This document shows positions 8,966 through 17,130 of a DNA stretch of 45,805 bases, piece by piece. The position numbers and the translations under genes are program-made. The stretch is from positions 1 through 45,805 of the IMG/VR virus record IMGVR_UViG_3300027971_002090; one strand, given 5' to 3'. The stretch's first letter is position 1. Each line of letters opens with the position of its first letter. Below the pieces are notes generated by a model. That model worked only from the letters and a program-made list of their open reading frames with translations, did no database searches and was not told where the DNA came from. This DNA comes from a virus (lineage: Duplodnaviria; Caudoviricetes).

Positions 8966-9973
8966 TTACGAAAACTGCTTTTGCCAATTAATCGTCCGCC
9001 CTAACCCGTCTTCAATGCCAACAAAGGCATCAAGAGACTTGCCAAACTCATCAACATATTTTGAAATGCTGACATTAACAATTTTTGGATTGCCTGCTAG
9101 GGAGTTACTGCTCTGCGGAATCGTGACTTCTTTCCCAAGAATAATTCCAATCTTGCAAGCCAACTCGTATATGGAAAGTTCGCAGACTCCCCCAACATTG
9201 TAGGTCACGCCCTTACTGTTTAGCATAATGTTGAACAGCATTTCGGTGACATCGCTGATATAGCAGAAAGTGCGTATTGCAGAACCGTCATCCATTAGTT
9301 TGATGGACTGCTCGGTCAGCCCTCTGTCTATCAGAGTATTCAAGACTCGCTTGTCATTCTTCTTTGCACCAGCACCGTATGCAGAACTCAAACGGGCAAT
9401 CTTTATGTTGTATCCCTTCTGAACATACGCATGGCAAATAGCCTCTCCTGCCCGTTTGCCTTCAATGTAACAAGACCTTGGATGGTCTGTGTTGGTGGTT
9501 CCAACCTGATTCTCTTGTATGTTGTGGTGATCCAAGCCACTGTAAATTTCACTGGTGCTGACAAACAAAAAAGTGCCATCCTTATTCAACTTTTCTAGCA
9601 GCAAAATAGTAGATGTTGTATTGAGTTGAATGGTTTTGATTTTGTCTTCTAAAAACTTGGATGGCTGTGCGTATCCAGAGGAGTGAATTATAAAATCAAA
9701 CTGCGGCAGATCGGAGAACATCCGTGTATCGGTGATGTCTCCCCGAATGATGTTGCAATCTATGAACACATCCGCGAAACACGGATCTATCTGTTCACGA
9801 AACCAACACCACAATTCTATGTTGTATTCGTCCTTCATCTTCTTGATGCAAGACACAAGGTTGATACCAACAAGCCCCGATGCTCCCGTGACAAGAACTC
9901 GCTTATCACGCATCTTGGAAAGATCGGTGCGGCTCAAAACAATATCAGCGTCATTACTCAAGACTGAATGCAC
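8966..9973 (-). CDS. NAD-dependent epimerase/dehydratase, UDP-glucuronate decarboxylase (UXS)-like SDR
   Basis: VTGASGLVG, FVSTSEIY, PRSCYIEGKRAGE (UXS-like RSCYDEGKR), DGSAIRTFCYISD. Confidence 0.8.
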   Translation of the reverse strand: MHSVLSNDADIVLSRTDLSKMRDKRVLVTGASGLVGINLVSCIKKMKDEYNIELWCWFREQIDPCFADVFIDCNIIRGDITDTRMFSDLPQFDFIIHSSGYAQPSKFLEDKIKTIQLNTTSTILLLEKLNKDGTFLFVSTSEIYSGLDHHNIQENQVGTTNTDHPRSCYIEGKRAGEAICHAYVQKGYNIKIARLSSAYGAGAKKNDKRVLNTLIDRGLTEQSIKLMDDGSAIRTFCYISDVTEMLFNIMLNSKGVTYNVGGVCELSIYELACKIGIILGKEVTIPQSSNSLAGNPKIVNVSISKYVDEFGKSLDAFVGIEDGLGRTINWQKQFS

Positions 9974-10836
9974 GAATGAATCCTTTCTCTAACAGAATCA
10001 GCATCAACACGAATAGCAAAATCGTGTTCCGTTTTTGTTCCGTAATTGGTTAGAAATCTGCGGGGAACCCCTATGTTGAACTTACGGTATCTTTTTCCAG
10101 TCAAAGCAAGATCAACCAAGTGATTGACGGTTCCTTCATAGAACGGCTCACATATGATAATGGTTTCGTGGAAGTTGTCAAGCAGAATCTTGCCATCAAA
10201 AGGCAAAACTGTACTGTAGTAGAGAACGGTCACATCCATATCTCGTGTGGCTTCCACGACCTGCTTTAACATGGGTCCGAAACACAAAACCGTGCCAGAG
10301 TTTCCACGCTTGATGACATTTCCGCATCCAAACTTAACATCAATCTGTTCGCCGTGCTGTGTTTCGCTTATACGGGTGTAGGTGGGATTTCCGCTATTGT
10401 AGGTTTGCTTTATGAGAGAGTCTAATTCAGAAGCAGTGCCTGGAACCAATATTTCCATATTTGGAATGGATGTCATAAGAGAAACATCAGCAGGGCAATG
10501 GTGAGTGCATCCTAGTGCTGCGTAATCATAGGAGCCACCAACACTGATAAAGTTTCCATTCAGTTCTTGATATCCAAAGTCTACCTTTAGTTGCTCAAAC
10601 GCCCGTTCAACAATGAATGGAGCAATGGTGTGTACAAATGGAATCAATCCTTCCTTTGCCATACCTGCTGCAACTCCTATGGTACTCTGTTCCAAAATAC
10701 CGATATTGTATGCTCTGTCAGGAATATTTTTGATCTCTTCTCTAAATCCAAAAACACCGATGTCACCGAGCAACAACACCGTTCGACTATCAGAATAGAG
10801 AATATCCTGCAAAGTTTTTACAAATTGCTTTCTCAT
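9958..10836 (-). CDS. Transketolase-like enzyme, pyrimidine-binding/C-terminal subunit (split)
   Basis: LLLGDIG, NIGILEQSTIGVAAGMA, ERAFEQLK, LGCTHH. Start placed at ATG 10836. Confidence 0.85.
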   Translation of the reverse strand: MRKQFVKTLQDILYSDSRTVLLLGDIGVFGFREEIKNIPDRAYNIGILEQSTIGVAAGMAKEGLIPFVHTIAPFIVERAFEQLKVDFGYQELNGNFISVGGSYDYAALGCTHHCPADVSLMTSIPNMEILVPGTASELDSLIKQTYNSGNPTYTRISETQHGEQIDVKFGCGNVIKRGNSGTVLCFGPMLKQVVEATRDMDVTVLYYSTVLPFDGKILLDNFHETIIICEPFYEGTVNHLVDLALTGKRYRKFNIGVPRRFLTNYGTKTEHDFAIRVDADSVRERIHSCIQS

Positions 10837-10837
10837 T

Positions 10838-11587
10838 TCAAAGGGCTTCCAATTCTGCAATTATTGATTGTACTTGTTCTGTGGTAGGAGACTTATGATG
10901 CCATTCAGGATTATTTTCCATCATGGCAATTCCCTTTCCTTTAACGGTATTACACAGCACAAAAGTTGGCTTGCCTGTAGTCATTGGAATTGATGTGATG
11001 GCATCAATGTTGTGCCCGTCTATTTCATGCGTCTGCCAACCAAATGCTGAAAATTTAGAAGTGATGTCACCAATTCCCACAGCCCTATCAGTTGAATGGT
11101 TGTGATCCAACATACAGACAATATTGTCTAGTCTGTGATGGCTTGCCAGAAGAGCAGATTCCCACACAGTTCCTTCGTTTGCTTCTCCGTCACCAATCAA
11201 CACAAACACAGTTCCGTCTATTCCGCGTATCTTCTTTGCCATAGCCATACCAACAGCAATAGGCATACCATGCCCAAGCGAACCAGTAGATGCCTCAACA
11301 GATGGAATATTCAATGTGGGATGCCCACCAAGCAGGGAATCAAACTTGCAAAAAGAGTTTAGATCCGTGTTCAGTAGTCCAAAGTGATCTAGCACCACAT
11401 ACAATCCAAGAGAAGCGTGACCCTTGGAAAGAACAAACTTGTGATTGGTATTCTTGGTGATGTACTCTTGGTACACTCCATAAATTATATCAACCACCGA
11501 GAGAGAACTCGGAATATGCCCTTCCTTGCTAGAATGGGCGAGACTCACGATTTTCTCCACTATCTTTTTTCTGTCATCATAGTGCAT
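10838..11587 (-). CDS. Transketolase-like enzyme, ThDP-binding N-terminal subunit (split)
   Basis: GHIPSSLS, LSKGHA, GGHP, STGSLGHG, GDGEANEG...DHN (ThDP motif), TVKGKG..WHH. Confidence 0.88.
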   Translation of the reverse strand: MHYDDRKKIVEKIVSLAHSSKEGHIPSSLSVVDIIYGVYQEYITKNTNHKFVLSKGHASLGLYVVLDHFGLLNTDLNSFCKFDSLLGGHPTLNIPSVEASTGSLGHGMPIAVGMAMAKKIRGIDGTVFVLIGDGEANEGTVWESALLASHHRLDNIVCMLDHNHSTDRAVGIGDITSKFSAFGWQTHEIDGHNIDAITSIPMTTGKPTFVLCNTVKGKGIAMMENNPEWHHKSPTTEQVQSIIAELEAL

Positions 11588-12746
11588 TCAAAATTCCCAC
11601 TAGTCTTTGCACATCATCAATTTCCACAAACTCATTGTTTCCCACATACAAACTATTGTCGTGAATGAAATCTGCCTTTCCTTCAACAACATATGTATTC
11701 ACACCGTTCATCATAGGATGACGAAACAGGTTTCCTGCAATGAGTGGTCGATTGTCGATCCCATTTTCTTTAAGTGCCTGTGAAACTTTATGGATATTTC
11801 CGTCCAATCGAATCACGGGAAAGGCAAAAAGACTTGTCCCATCAGAGATCATATCCGTGTGGTACTTTGAAGAATCTAGACCATGAATATATGCTTTGAA
11901 GTTTCTTTGACGAACAGTCACAGACTTGTCAAGACGGTTCATCTGAGAGATTCCCAAAACTGCATTCACATCAGTGTTTCTTACATTATATCCGCTGCAC
12001 AAGAATGTGAACCGTTCATCAACACCATGCACCTTTCTCTTGCTTCTCTCCTGATCTGGCAACTCTCGTAGCATTCCATGAGAGCGTAGTAGTAAAAGAT
12101 GATGATACAGGTCTTCATCGTCTGTGCATACCATACCACCCTCAATGGATGTGATGTGATGTCCATAGAAGAACGAAAATGTAGATGCTTTTCCGAATGT
12201 ACCAACCTTTTTGCCGTTCCATGTACTTCCATGAGACTCGCAGCAATCTTCCAATAGGATGATGTCATGCTTTTCACACAGATCAAGCAATCTCTGACTT
12301 ATAGATGGAATACCAAGAACATGAGTCAAGAACAAATATCGCACATTATGCTTCTTGATGTAATGCTCCACATTGTCAAGATCGGGACCAAGAGTCTTCA
12401 TATCCACATCGGTCATGTAGATTCCTTGGCTACTATTTTTCAACTGAAGAATGGGAGCAATATTGGTTGCCCATGTGCAAGACTGTGCAATCCAATCGCA
12501 TCTGCCATACGCACCATACAAATCATGCATAGCCTGAACCAGAATGAGGTTTGCAGAAGACCCTGAGTTGACAAAAACACTGTACTTGACACCAAGCCAT
12601 TCCGACCATACACGCTCAAGTTCCTTACACTTGTCTCCATATGACAGTTTTTCATTGCTCATAATGAACGCGCACAACTTTTTGCGGTCATCTTGAGTAA
12701 CAGCACGATCATCCATCAGTTTCCACGGCTTTGTTTCATAACTCAT
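11577..12746 (-). CDS. DegT/DnrJ/EryC1-family enzyme, ColD-like GDP-4-keto-6-deoxymannose 3-dehydratase
   Basis: NSGSSANL, LEDCCESHG, SFFYGHHITSIEGG (His instead of catalytic Lys), LRSHG with no Fe-S Cys cluster, GYNVR, RPLIAGN. Confidence 0.75.
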   Translation of the reverse strand: MSYETKPWKLMDDRAVTQDDRKKLCAFIMSNEKLSYGDKCKELERVWSEWLGVKYSVFVNSGSSANLILVQAMHDLYGAYGRCDWIAQSCTWATNIAPILQLKNSSQGIYMTDVDMKTLGPDLDNVEHYIKKHNVRYLFLTHVLGIPSISQRLLDLCEKHDIILLEDCCESHGSTWNGKKVGTFGKASTFSFFYGHHITSIEGGMVCTDDEDLYHHLLLLRSHGMLRELPDQERSKRKVHGVDERFTFLCSGYNVRNTDVNAVLGISQMNRLDKSVTVRQRNFKAYIHGLDSSKYHTDMISDGTSLFAFPVIRLDGNIHKVSQALKENGIDNRPLIAGNLFRHPMMNGVNTYVVEGKADFIHDNSLYVGNNEFVEIDDVQRLVGILNAL

Positions 12747-12771
12747 AATATAGAATTCCTTGCAGTGAGTA

Positions 12772-13539
12772 TTACGGAAATGGTTTTGATGGCAAAACGA
12801 TGCTCAATAGATTTTCTATCTGTGTCTTATAGGCACTATACGGACGAAGACTATGACAGTCAATATACCAATCCTGTTTTACTAATTCGTTATTATATTG
12901 CCAAGATATCCTGTCGATTCTACGACCACTATGGAATCCACCAGGTCTAAAAAATTGAACAACTCTTTCAGGATTTATGGAACGAAATTCGCAAATCTTA
13001 CGAGATGTATATCGTTCATCAGCACTCCAATTCTGCATGACTTGTCCGTTTACCACATGAGTATCGCTCATAGTTGAAGAGAAAACATGACGAACATCTT
13101 CATCAAAATTTGGATTTAGATCCAATATCTCAGCAAATACCTTTCCCGTAGCCATATTGTAGCAAACAGGAAAATAATCTCTCATGTCGGAATTAAGAGA
13201 AACTAGGCAGTCATTAGAAACAGATTTTGCCATTTCCTTAAAATAATATGGAGAAAGAGGAAACATATCAATATCGCTAGTAATCCATACCGCATCAAGA
13301 TCAGTCTGAACAAAATGAAATCTAGCCCATTGAGCCTGAGTATGTTCTGGAATTCCAGAAACAATGGGAACATGAACAACTGTTCCGTGAGCATTGTCTG
13401 GAATATCTTTCTCGTCACCAACAAAGAACAAATATGGTTCTATACCAAATTTATGTTTCCATATACGAGAAACTGGTTCCCAAAATTCAAGATAATATGG
13501 ATTCGAATTGCATGAAATAGATACTTTGGTTGGTTTCAT
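12772..13539 (-). CDS. Uncharacterised putative glycosyltransferase (DxD-containing)
   Basis: SCNSNPYYLEFW, AQWARF, ITSDIDMFPL (DxD), WSADE, RIDR, DCHSLRP. Lies inside the sugar operon in a low-GC stretch. Confidence 0.5.
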   Translation of the reverse strand: MKPTKVSISCNSNPYYLEFWEPVSRIWKHKFGIEPYLFFVGDEKDIPDNAHGTVVHVPIVSGIPEHTQAQWARFHFVQTDLDAVWITSDIDMFPLSPYYFKEMAKSVSNDCLVSLNSDMRDYFPVCYNMATGKVFAEILDLNPNFDEDVRHVFSSTMSDTHVVNGQVMQNWSADERYTSRKICEFRSINPERVVQFFRPGGFHSGRRIDRISWQYNNELVKQDWYIDCHSLRPYSAYKTQIENLLSIVLPSKPFP

Positions 13540-13580
13540 TTTATCCTTTGATAATCACATAAATTTGACCGTTGTATTTG

Positions 13581-14222
13581 TCATTCCCGAACTACCATCA
13601 CATTAGTCTCCCAATCATTTTCATATATCGAATCAACTATCCGATATCCATTGGCATCAAAGAATTGAATATAGTCTTCATATACAGGACAATTTTTATG
13701 AGGATTCATACCAGGATTAGGCAACTCAAGAATTACATACGGAATATCTTGCAACATACTTCCCAAACTCTGCATGGCACTCAACTCAGAACCTTGAATA
13801 TCCATGCACAACAAGTCTATCTTGACATCGGGTAAGTATTTAAAAAAAGTGTCAAGGCGTGTACACTCTACCTGTATTTCTGGTTCTTGAAGTTCTGCCA
13901 AATAAGACCGCTCGTAAACCGATGAGCAAGTGGTGTCTTCATCGAATCCAAAGCCATAAAATGGTATAACGCCATCATAAGTACACACAGCCTTTGAAAT
14001 AAAATGAATCCTGCTATCAGTGGTATTGTTGATGCAGTAGTCTTTACATTTTTGACTTGCTTCAAAAGCATAGATTGCATCGGGATTATACACTTCAAGT
14101 AGATTATAAGTGTACTGATACTTGTTAGAGCCAAGTTCTACTATATTTCGTATTGGCTTATTTATATGCTTTAGGAAGATTGGGTCTGTATACGGAAACT
14201 CCGAACGATATTTGTTAGTCAT
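13581..14222 (-). CDS. FkbM-family (Methyltransf_21) methyltransferase
   Basis: IVELGS, IYAFEAS, VECTRLDTF, IDLLCMDIQGSEL. Confidence 0.85.
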   Translation of the reverse strand: MTNKYRSEFPYTDPIFLKHINKPIRNIVELGSNKYQYTYNLLEVYNPDAIYAFEASQKCKDYCINNTTDSRIHFISKAVCTYDGVIPFYGFGFDEDTTCSSVYERSYLAELQEPEIQVECTRLDTFFKYLPDVKIDLLCMDIQGSELSAMQSLGSMLQDIPYVILELPNPGMNPHKNCPVYEDYIQFFDANGYRIVDSIYENDWETNVMVVRE

Positions 14223-14914
14223 ACTAAATCCTCTTCTAAAAGATCAACATCACTTTGGCTATTGTACTTGTCGTTTTCGTCAAAGCACTGCCCGATGAAC
14301 CACACCCCACCGTTGCTGTCCCCGCGAGTAGCACCCGCAGGGAATGGAGTCTTCTCAAAGAATGGATCGTGAACACAAACCGTCAGTTCTCCGTCCTTAA
14401 CCTTACCCCACACCCATTCCCACAAGAAGGCTTGGTCTTGCCCCTTGTCGCTGCTTGGCTGAAACTCTTCCATGTCACGGGCAATACCCTTGAGTTTTCC
14501 GCCCTTGACTCCCCACATACCGCCAAGCATGGGCGCACCGTGGTATGGGTGGTCACGCATCACATGGAGATCGGCTCCACTTGCAAGCCATGCCTCAACA
14601 GCAAGCCGTTCACGCTCTGATAGACGGGAATCTGTGTCGCGGCTCATCATGTACTCTACGCCTTCTTCATCAGCAGGAAGGAATCGGTGGAACATTCCAC
14701 GGCTGTCCGAAGAATTGTACTCTCCGTTTACACGGCGCACAAGCACATTTGGACGGGATTCCAATTCTTTAATAATGTCCGTAGGAACAGAATCAAAGCA
14801 GTAGAACACGCAAGTCCAATCAGGAAACAGCGTAGCCGCGAGATCGGCATTCTTGATTGCGCCAATGGTATAGGTGGGCTTGTCGCCCCACAGGCTGTAT
14901 GAGATTACCTTCAC
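14219..14914 (-). CDS. Uncharacterised putative glycosyltransferase (SYSLWG...RDxDSR family)
   Basis: MKVISYSLWGDKPTYTIGAIKNA, MFHRFLP, SRDTDSRLSERE, HVMRDHPYH, LGGMWG, DQAFL. Confidence 0.55.
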   Translation of the reverse strand: MKVISYSLWGDKPTYTIGAIKNADLAATLFPDWTCVFYCFDSVPTDIIKELESRPNVLVRRVNGEYNSSDSRGMFHRFLPADEEGVEYMMSRDTDSRLSERERLAVEAWLASGADLHVMRDHPYHGAPMLGGMWGVKGGKLKGIARDMEEFQPSSDKGQDQAFLWEWVWGKVKDGELTVCVHDPFFEKTPFPAGATRGDSNGGVWFIGQCFDENDKYNSQSDVDLLEEDLV

Positions 14915-15549
14915 TGCTCGTCCTGTGGAACCAATGAAGTGGTTGTCTCCGAACTGTAGATGTACCCGTGCAGCGAGTCATCAATGTGATGCTCTGTCTG
15001 AATCTTGGGATACAGGCGCATGAGCCAGTCAATGTCTTCCGATGACTGACCGTTGGCTCCGTACACAGGATTGAATGCCTCACTCTTGGCAATATCACTG
15101 CGCCACAGGCACATATGGTACGGAGGGCGCTTGATGTCGCCAAGGAAGCCGTCTTCGTCCCGCCACAACTGCCCGTGGGGATTTCCGATGCCGAACTCCA
15201 CATCCATTGGTTCGCCGTTGATGCTGCACCACTGATTGAACGAGATGCAGTCCACATCATTTTCGTCAATAGCGGTCAGGATCTTGCTCATGTAGTCCTT
15301 GCTGACGGCATCGTCATCGTCCAAGAACGCAATATACTTGCCCCGTGCCATTTGCAGGAGGTCATTGCGCTTCTCGGAAATGCTCTTGGAGCGGTTGTCC
15401 AACAGCACAAGAATCTCAACAGCCTTGCCCTGTCCAAGCGCATCAGCCTGCTCCTGAAGGTGCTTTACAGCAGAGGTCATGGACGGGATGCGTTCGGGAA
15501 TGGACAGCATGAGGATGCTGAACTTGATTTCACTTGCTGGTACTGGCAT
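14911..15549 (-). CDS. Family-2 glycosyltransferase
   Basis: FSILMLSIPER, ISEKRNDLL..ARGKYIAFLDDDD, SEDIDW. Start reassigned to ATG 15549 behind GGAGG. Confidence 0.85.
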   Translation of the reverse strand: MPVPASEIKFSILMLSIPERIPSMTSAVKHLQEQADALGQGKAVEILVLLDNRSKSISEKRNDLLQMARGKYIAFLDDDDAVSKDYMSKILTAIDENDVDCISFNQWCSINGEPMDVEFGIGNPHGQLWRDEDGFLGDIKRPPYHMCLWRSDIAKSEAFNPVYGANGQSSEDIDWLMRLYPKIQTEHHIDDSLHGYIYSSETTTSLVPQDEQ

Positions 15550-16237
15550 TGAACATTGCCTCCATGTCAAACTTGTTTGCGGCTCTACGCTTAAAGGTTT
15601 CACCGTCCACACCGTACATCTCCGCGTTCTCGTTACGGGCGTGGAGGGTGTCAAACGGTTCATTCGTCCACTGGTGCTGAATAATGCACAGATCGCAACG
15701 GCGCAGTTTGTTCAGCGCAGCGCAAACCTGTGTCTGCTCGTTGTCGCAGTACAGGGACTTGTATTCAGGATTGTAGATGTACCCGAACTGCTTGTACAGA
15801 GGGAAGCCCATGACCGTAAGGGTCATCAGCGGATCTTCCTTGGGGCGCAGTCCATCCCAGAACTTGATGGCTCCGTCAAAGTCAGGGAAGGTGTTTTGGA
15901 ATGCAGAGAAGATGATGTCATCGTAACCCATCTGCACGGGAACCATGTCATCAGACGCAAGCAGCAGCACATCGCCGTCCACGCCCTCTAGATTGGCATT
16001 ACAGGCTTGGATCTTGCTCTTGGAGTGTCCGTAGAAGCACTCAATCTGTGCGTTCTGTGCGCGAGTAGACAGCCACTGCTGCATCTCAGGGTTGTTCATG
16101 GTGGGATCGTCTTCGTCCATCGTGATGATGAAACGAACATCGTTACGCCCACTCAAAAAGGTGAGGTAACGGGTGAATACGCTCTTGAATTTTTCAGGTC
16201 GGTTCCGCGTTGGGAACTTGATCACAAGTCGGTTCAT
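15530..16237 (-). CDS. GT-A fold glycosyltransferase (GT2-like)
   Basis: IKFPTRNRP, MDEDD, SKIQACN, LLASDDM, YKSLYCDNE, IIQHQW. SD AGGAG upstream. Confidence 0.75.
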   Translation of the reverse strand: MNRLVIKFPTRNRPEKFKSVFTRYLTFLSGRNDVRFIITMDEDDPTMNNPEMQQWLSTRAQNAQIECFYGHSKSKIQACNANLEGVDGDVLLLASDDMVPVQMGYDDIIFSAFQNTFPDFDGAIKFWDGLRPKEDPLMTLTVMGFPLYKQFGYIYNPEYKSLYCDNEQTQVCAALNKLRRCDLCIIQHQWTNEPFDTLHARNENAEMYGVDGETFKRRAANKFDMEAMFNASTSK

Positions 16238-16252
16238 AATGTATCTCCTGTT

Positions 16253-16690
16253 TCACTCTTCGGTCTTCATCGTTTTCTTTGACCGTCCTATGTGGTATTT
16301 AGGGCAGAGTTCCCACTCACCCTTTTCCTTGAACGAAAGAATCTTTATTTTGTTGAGCGGAACCTTCTCGGTGATCTTGGTTTTGTCCACGATCTTGATC
16401 AGCCCCCACTCCTCAAGCAGACACGCAATGGTGTTGCGCCGCCCAATGTCTTCAGAATTGATTGAGGTAGGCAGATCATCTAGTGCAAACATTTCCTTGA
16501 AGTGGACAATGTAGTACTTGCCCTTCTTGTGAAGGATATGACACGATTGCCAGAGTTTCTTTTCGGTTCGGGAAGACACGCCAATGCGGGTCAGGGTTTC
16601 ACGGACTTTCAAAAAGTCATCAGGCTTTTGTAGGCTAACCTCTAGCAGATCACCTGTTTCAAGGTCAATATAGCGTTCGTCTTGTTCCAT
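16253..16690 (-). CDS. regA: Translational repressor RegA
   Basis: PDDFLKVRETLTRIGVSSR..KKLWQSCHILHKKGKYYIVHFKEMFALD, RRNTIA.LL.EWGL, KY.IG. T4 position after gene 62. Confidence 0.95.
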   Translation of the reverse strand: MEQDERYIDLETGDLLEVSLQKPDDFLKVRETLTRIGVSSRTEKKLWQSCHILHKKGKYYIVHFKEMFALDDLPTSINSEDIGRRNTIACLLEEWGLIKIVDKTKITEKVPLNKIKILSFKEKGEWELCPKYHIGRSKKTMKTEE

Positions 16691-16729
16691 GTTCTTGTTC
16701 ACTCCGAATACTTTGAACTGACACGGAAC

Positions 16730-16736
16730 TATTTAG
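16730..16736 (-). promoter_or_regulatory. Putative late promoter CTAAATA upstream of regA and the glycan operon
   Basis: The same intergenic heptamer occurs before gp13, gp19 and the head core gene. Confidence 0.6.
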
Positions 16737-16737
16737 A

Positions 16738-17130
16738 TTATTTGCGCTTTCCGCCTCTGTCCACAGCGGCTAGGATATCCTCCATGTCGCCTTCAGACAA
16801 TACGGACAGGGCTTCCCGTGCCTTCCGCGTAGAGATGCCGTAGTACTCGGTGAGAGCGGTTATACGGGCATCCTCCTCGCGCTTGAGCCACTTGGAGAAC
16901 CGCTTGCGAGGACGCACCGCACCCCGCAGGAAATCAAAGTGCATTTTTGAATCCAAGTGCGGACGGGTGTTCATCTCGTTTGCGGCGAACAGCGTATCAG
17001 GGAAATACGACAAGCAGCGGGTCACCACGAACGGAGGATACGACTGCTTGGAGTAAGTCTCGCTCTCGTCCAAGAGCGGTTCCTTGCTCACATTGATGGC
17101 ATTCAAATAATCAGACAGTTGGTGGCTCAC
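16738..17130 (-). CDS. 62: Clamp loader small subunit gp62
   Basis: DYLNAIN, YPPFVVTRCLSYFPDTLFAANEMN, RPRKRFSKW, YYGIS..KAREAL. GTG start overlapping the gp44 stop. Confidence 0.93.
   Translation of the reverse strand: MSHQLSDYLNAINVSKEPLLDESETYSKQSYPPFVVTRCLSYFPDTLFAANEMNTRPHLDSKMHFDFLRGAVRPRKRFSKWLKREEDARITALTEYYGISTRKAREALSVLSEGDMEDILAAVDRGGKRK

Noticed and set aside
9958-11587. Transketolase as a pentose-phosphate auxiliary metabolic gene
   Set aside because: It is the short split form embedded among NDP-sugar genes, with no talC/zwf/gnd nearby.
13565-13585. ACAAATA upstream of the 12772-13539 gene as a late promoter
   Set aside because: It deviates from the TA(A/C)ATA core and lies in very AT-rich DNA where chance matches are likely.
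349-16237. Sugar cluster as host chromosomal DNA (prophage junction or chimeric assembly)
   Set aside because: It is co-oriented with and packed against regA, has phage late-promoter motifs, is coupled to a phage structural-type gene at the far end, and lacks wzx/wzy/export genes, integrase or att sites. Read-level confirmation was not possible.
349-16237. T4-style DNA glucosylation (hmC, agt/bgt) as the role of the cluster
   Set aside because: No dCMP hydroxymethylase, GT-B DNA glucosyltransferase or base-modifying gene is recognisable in the window. Disfavoured rather than excluded.
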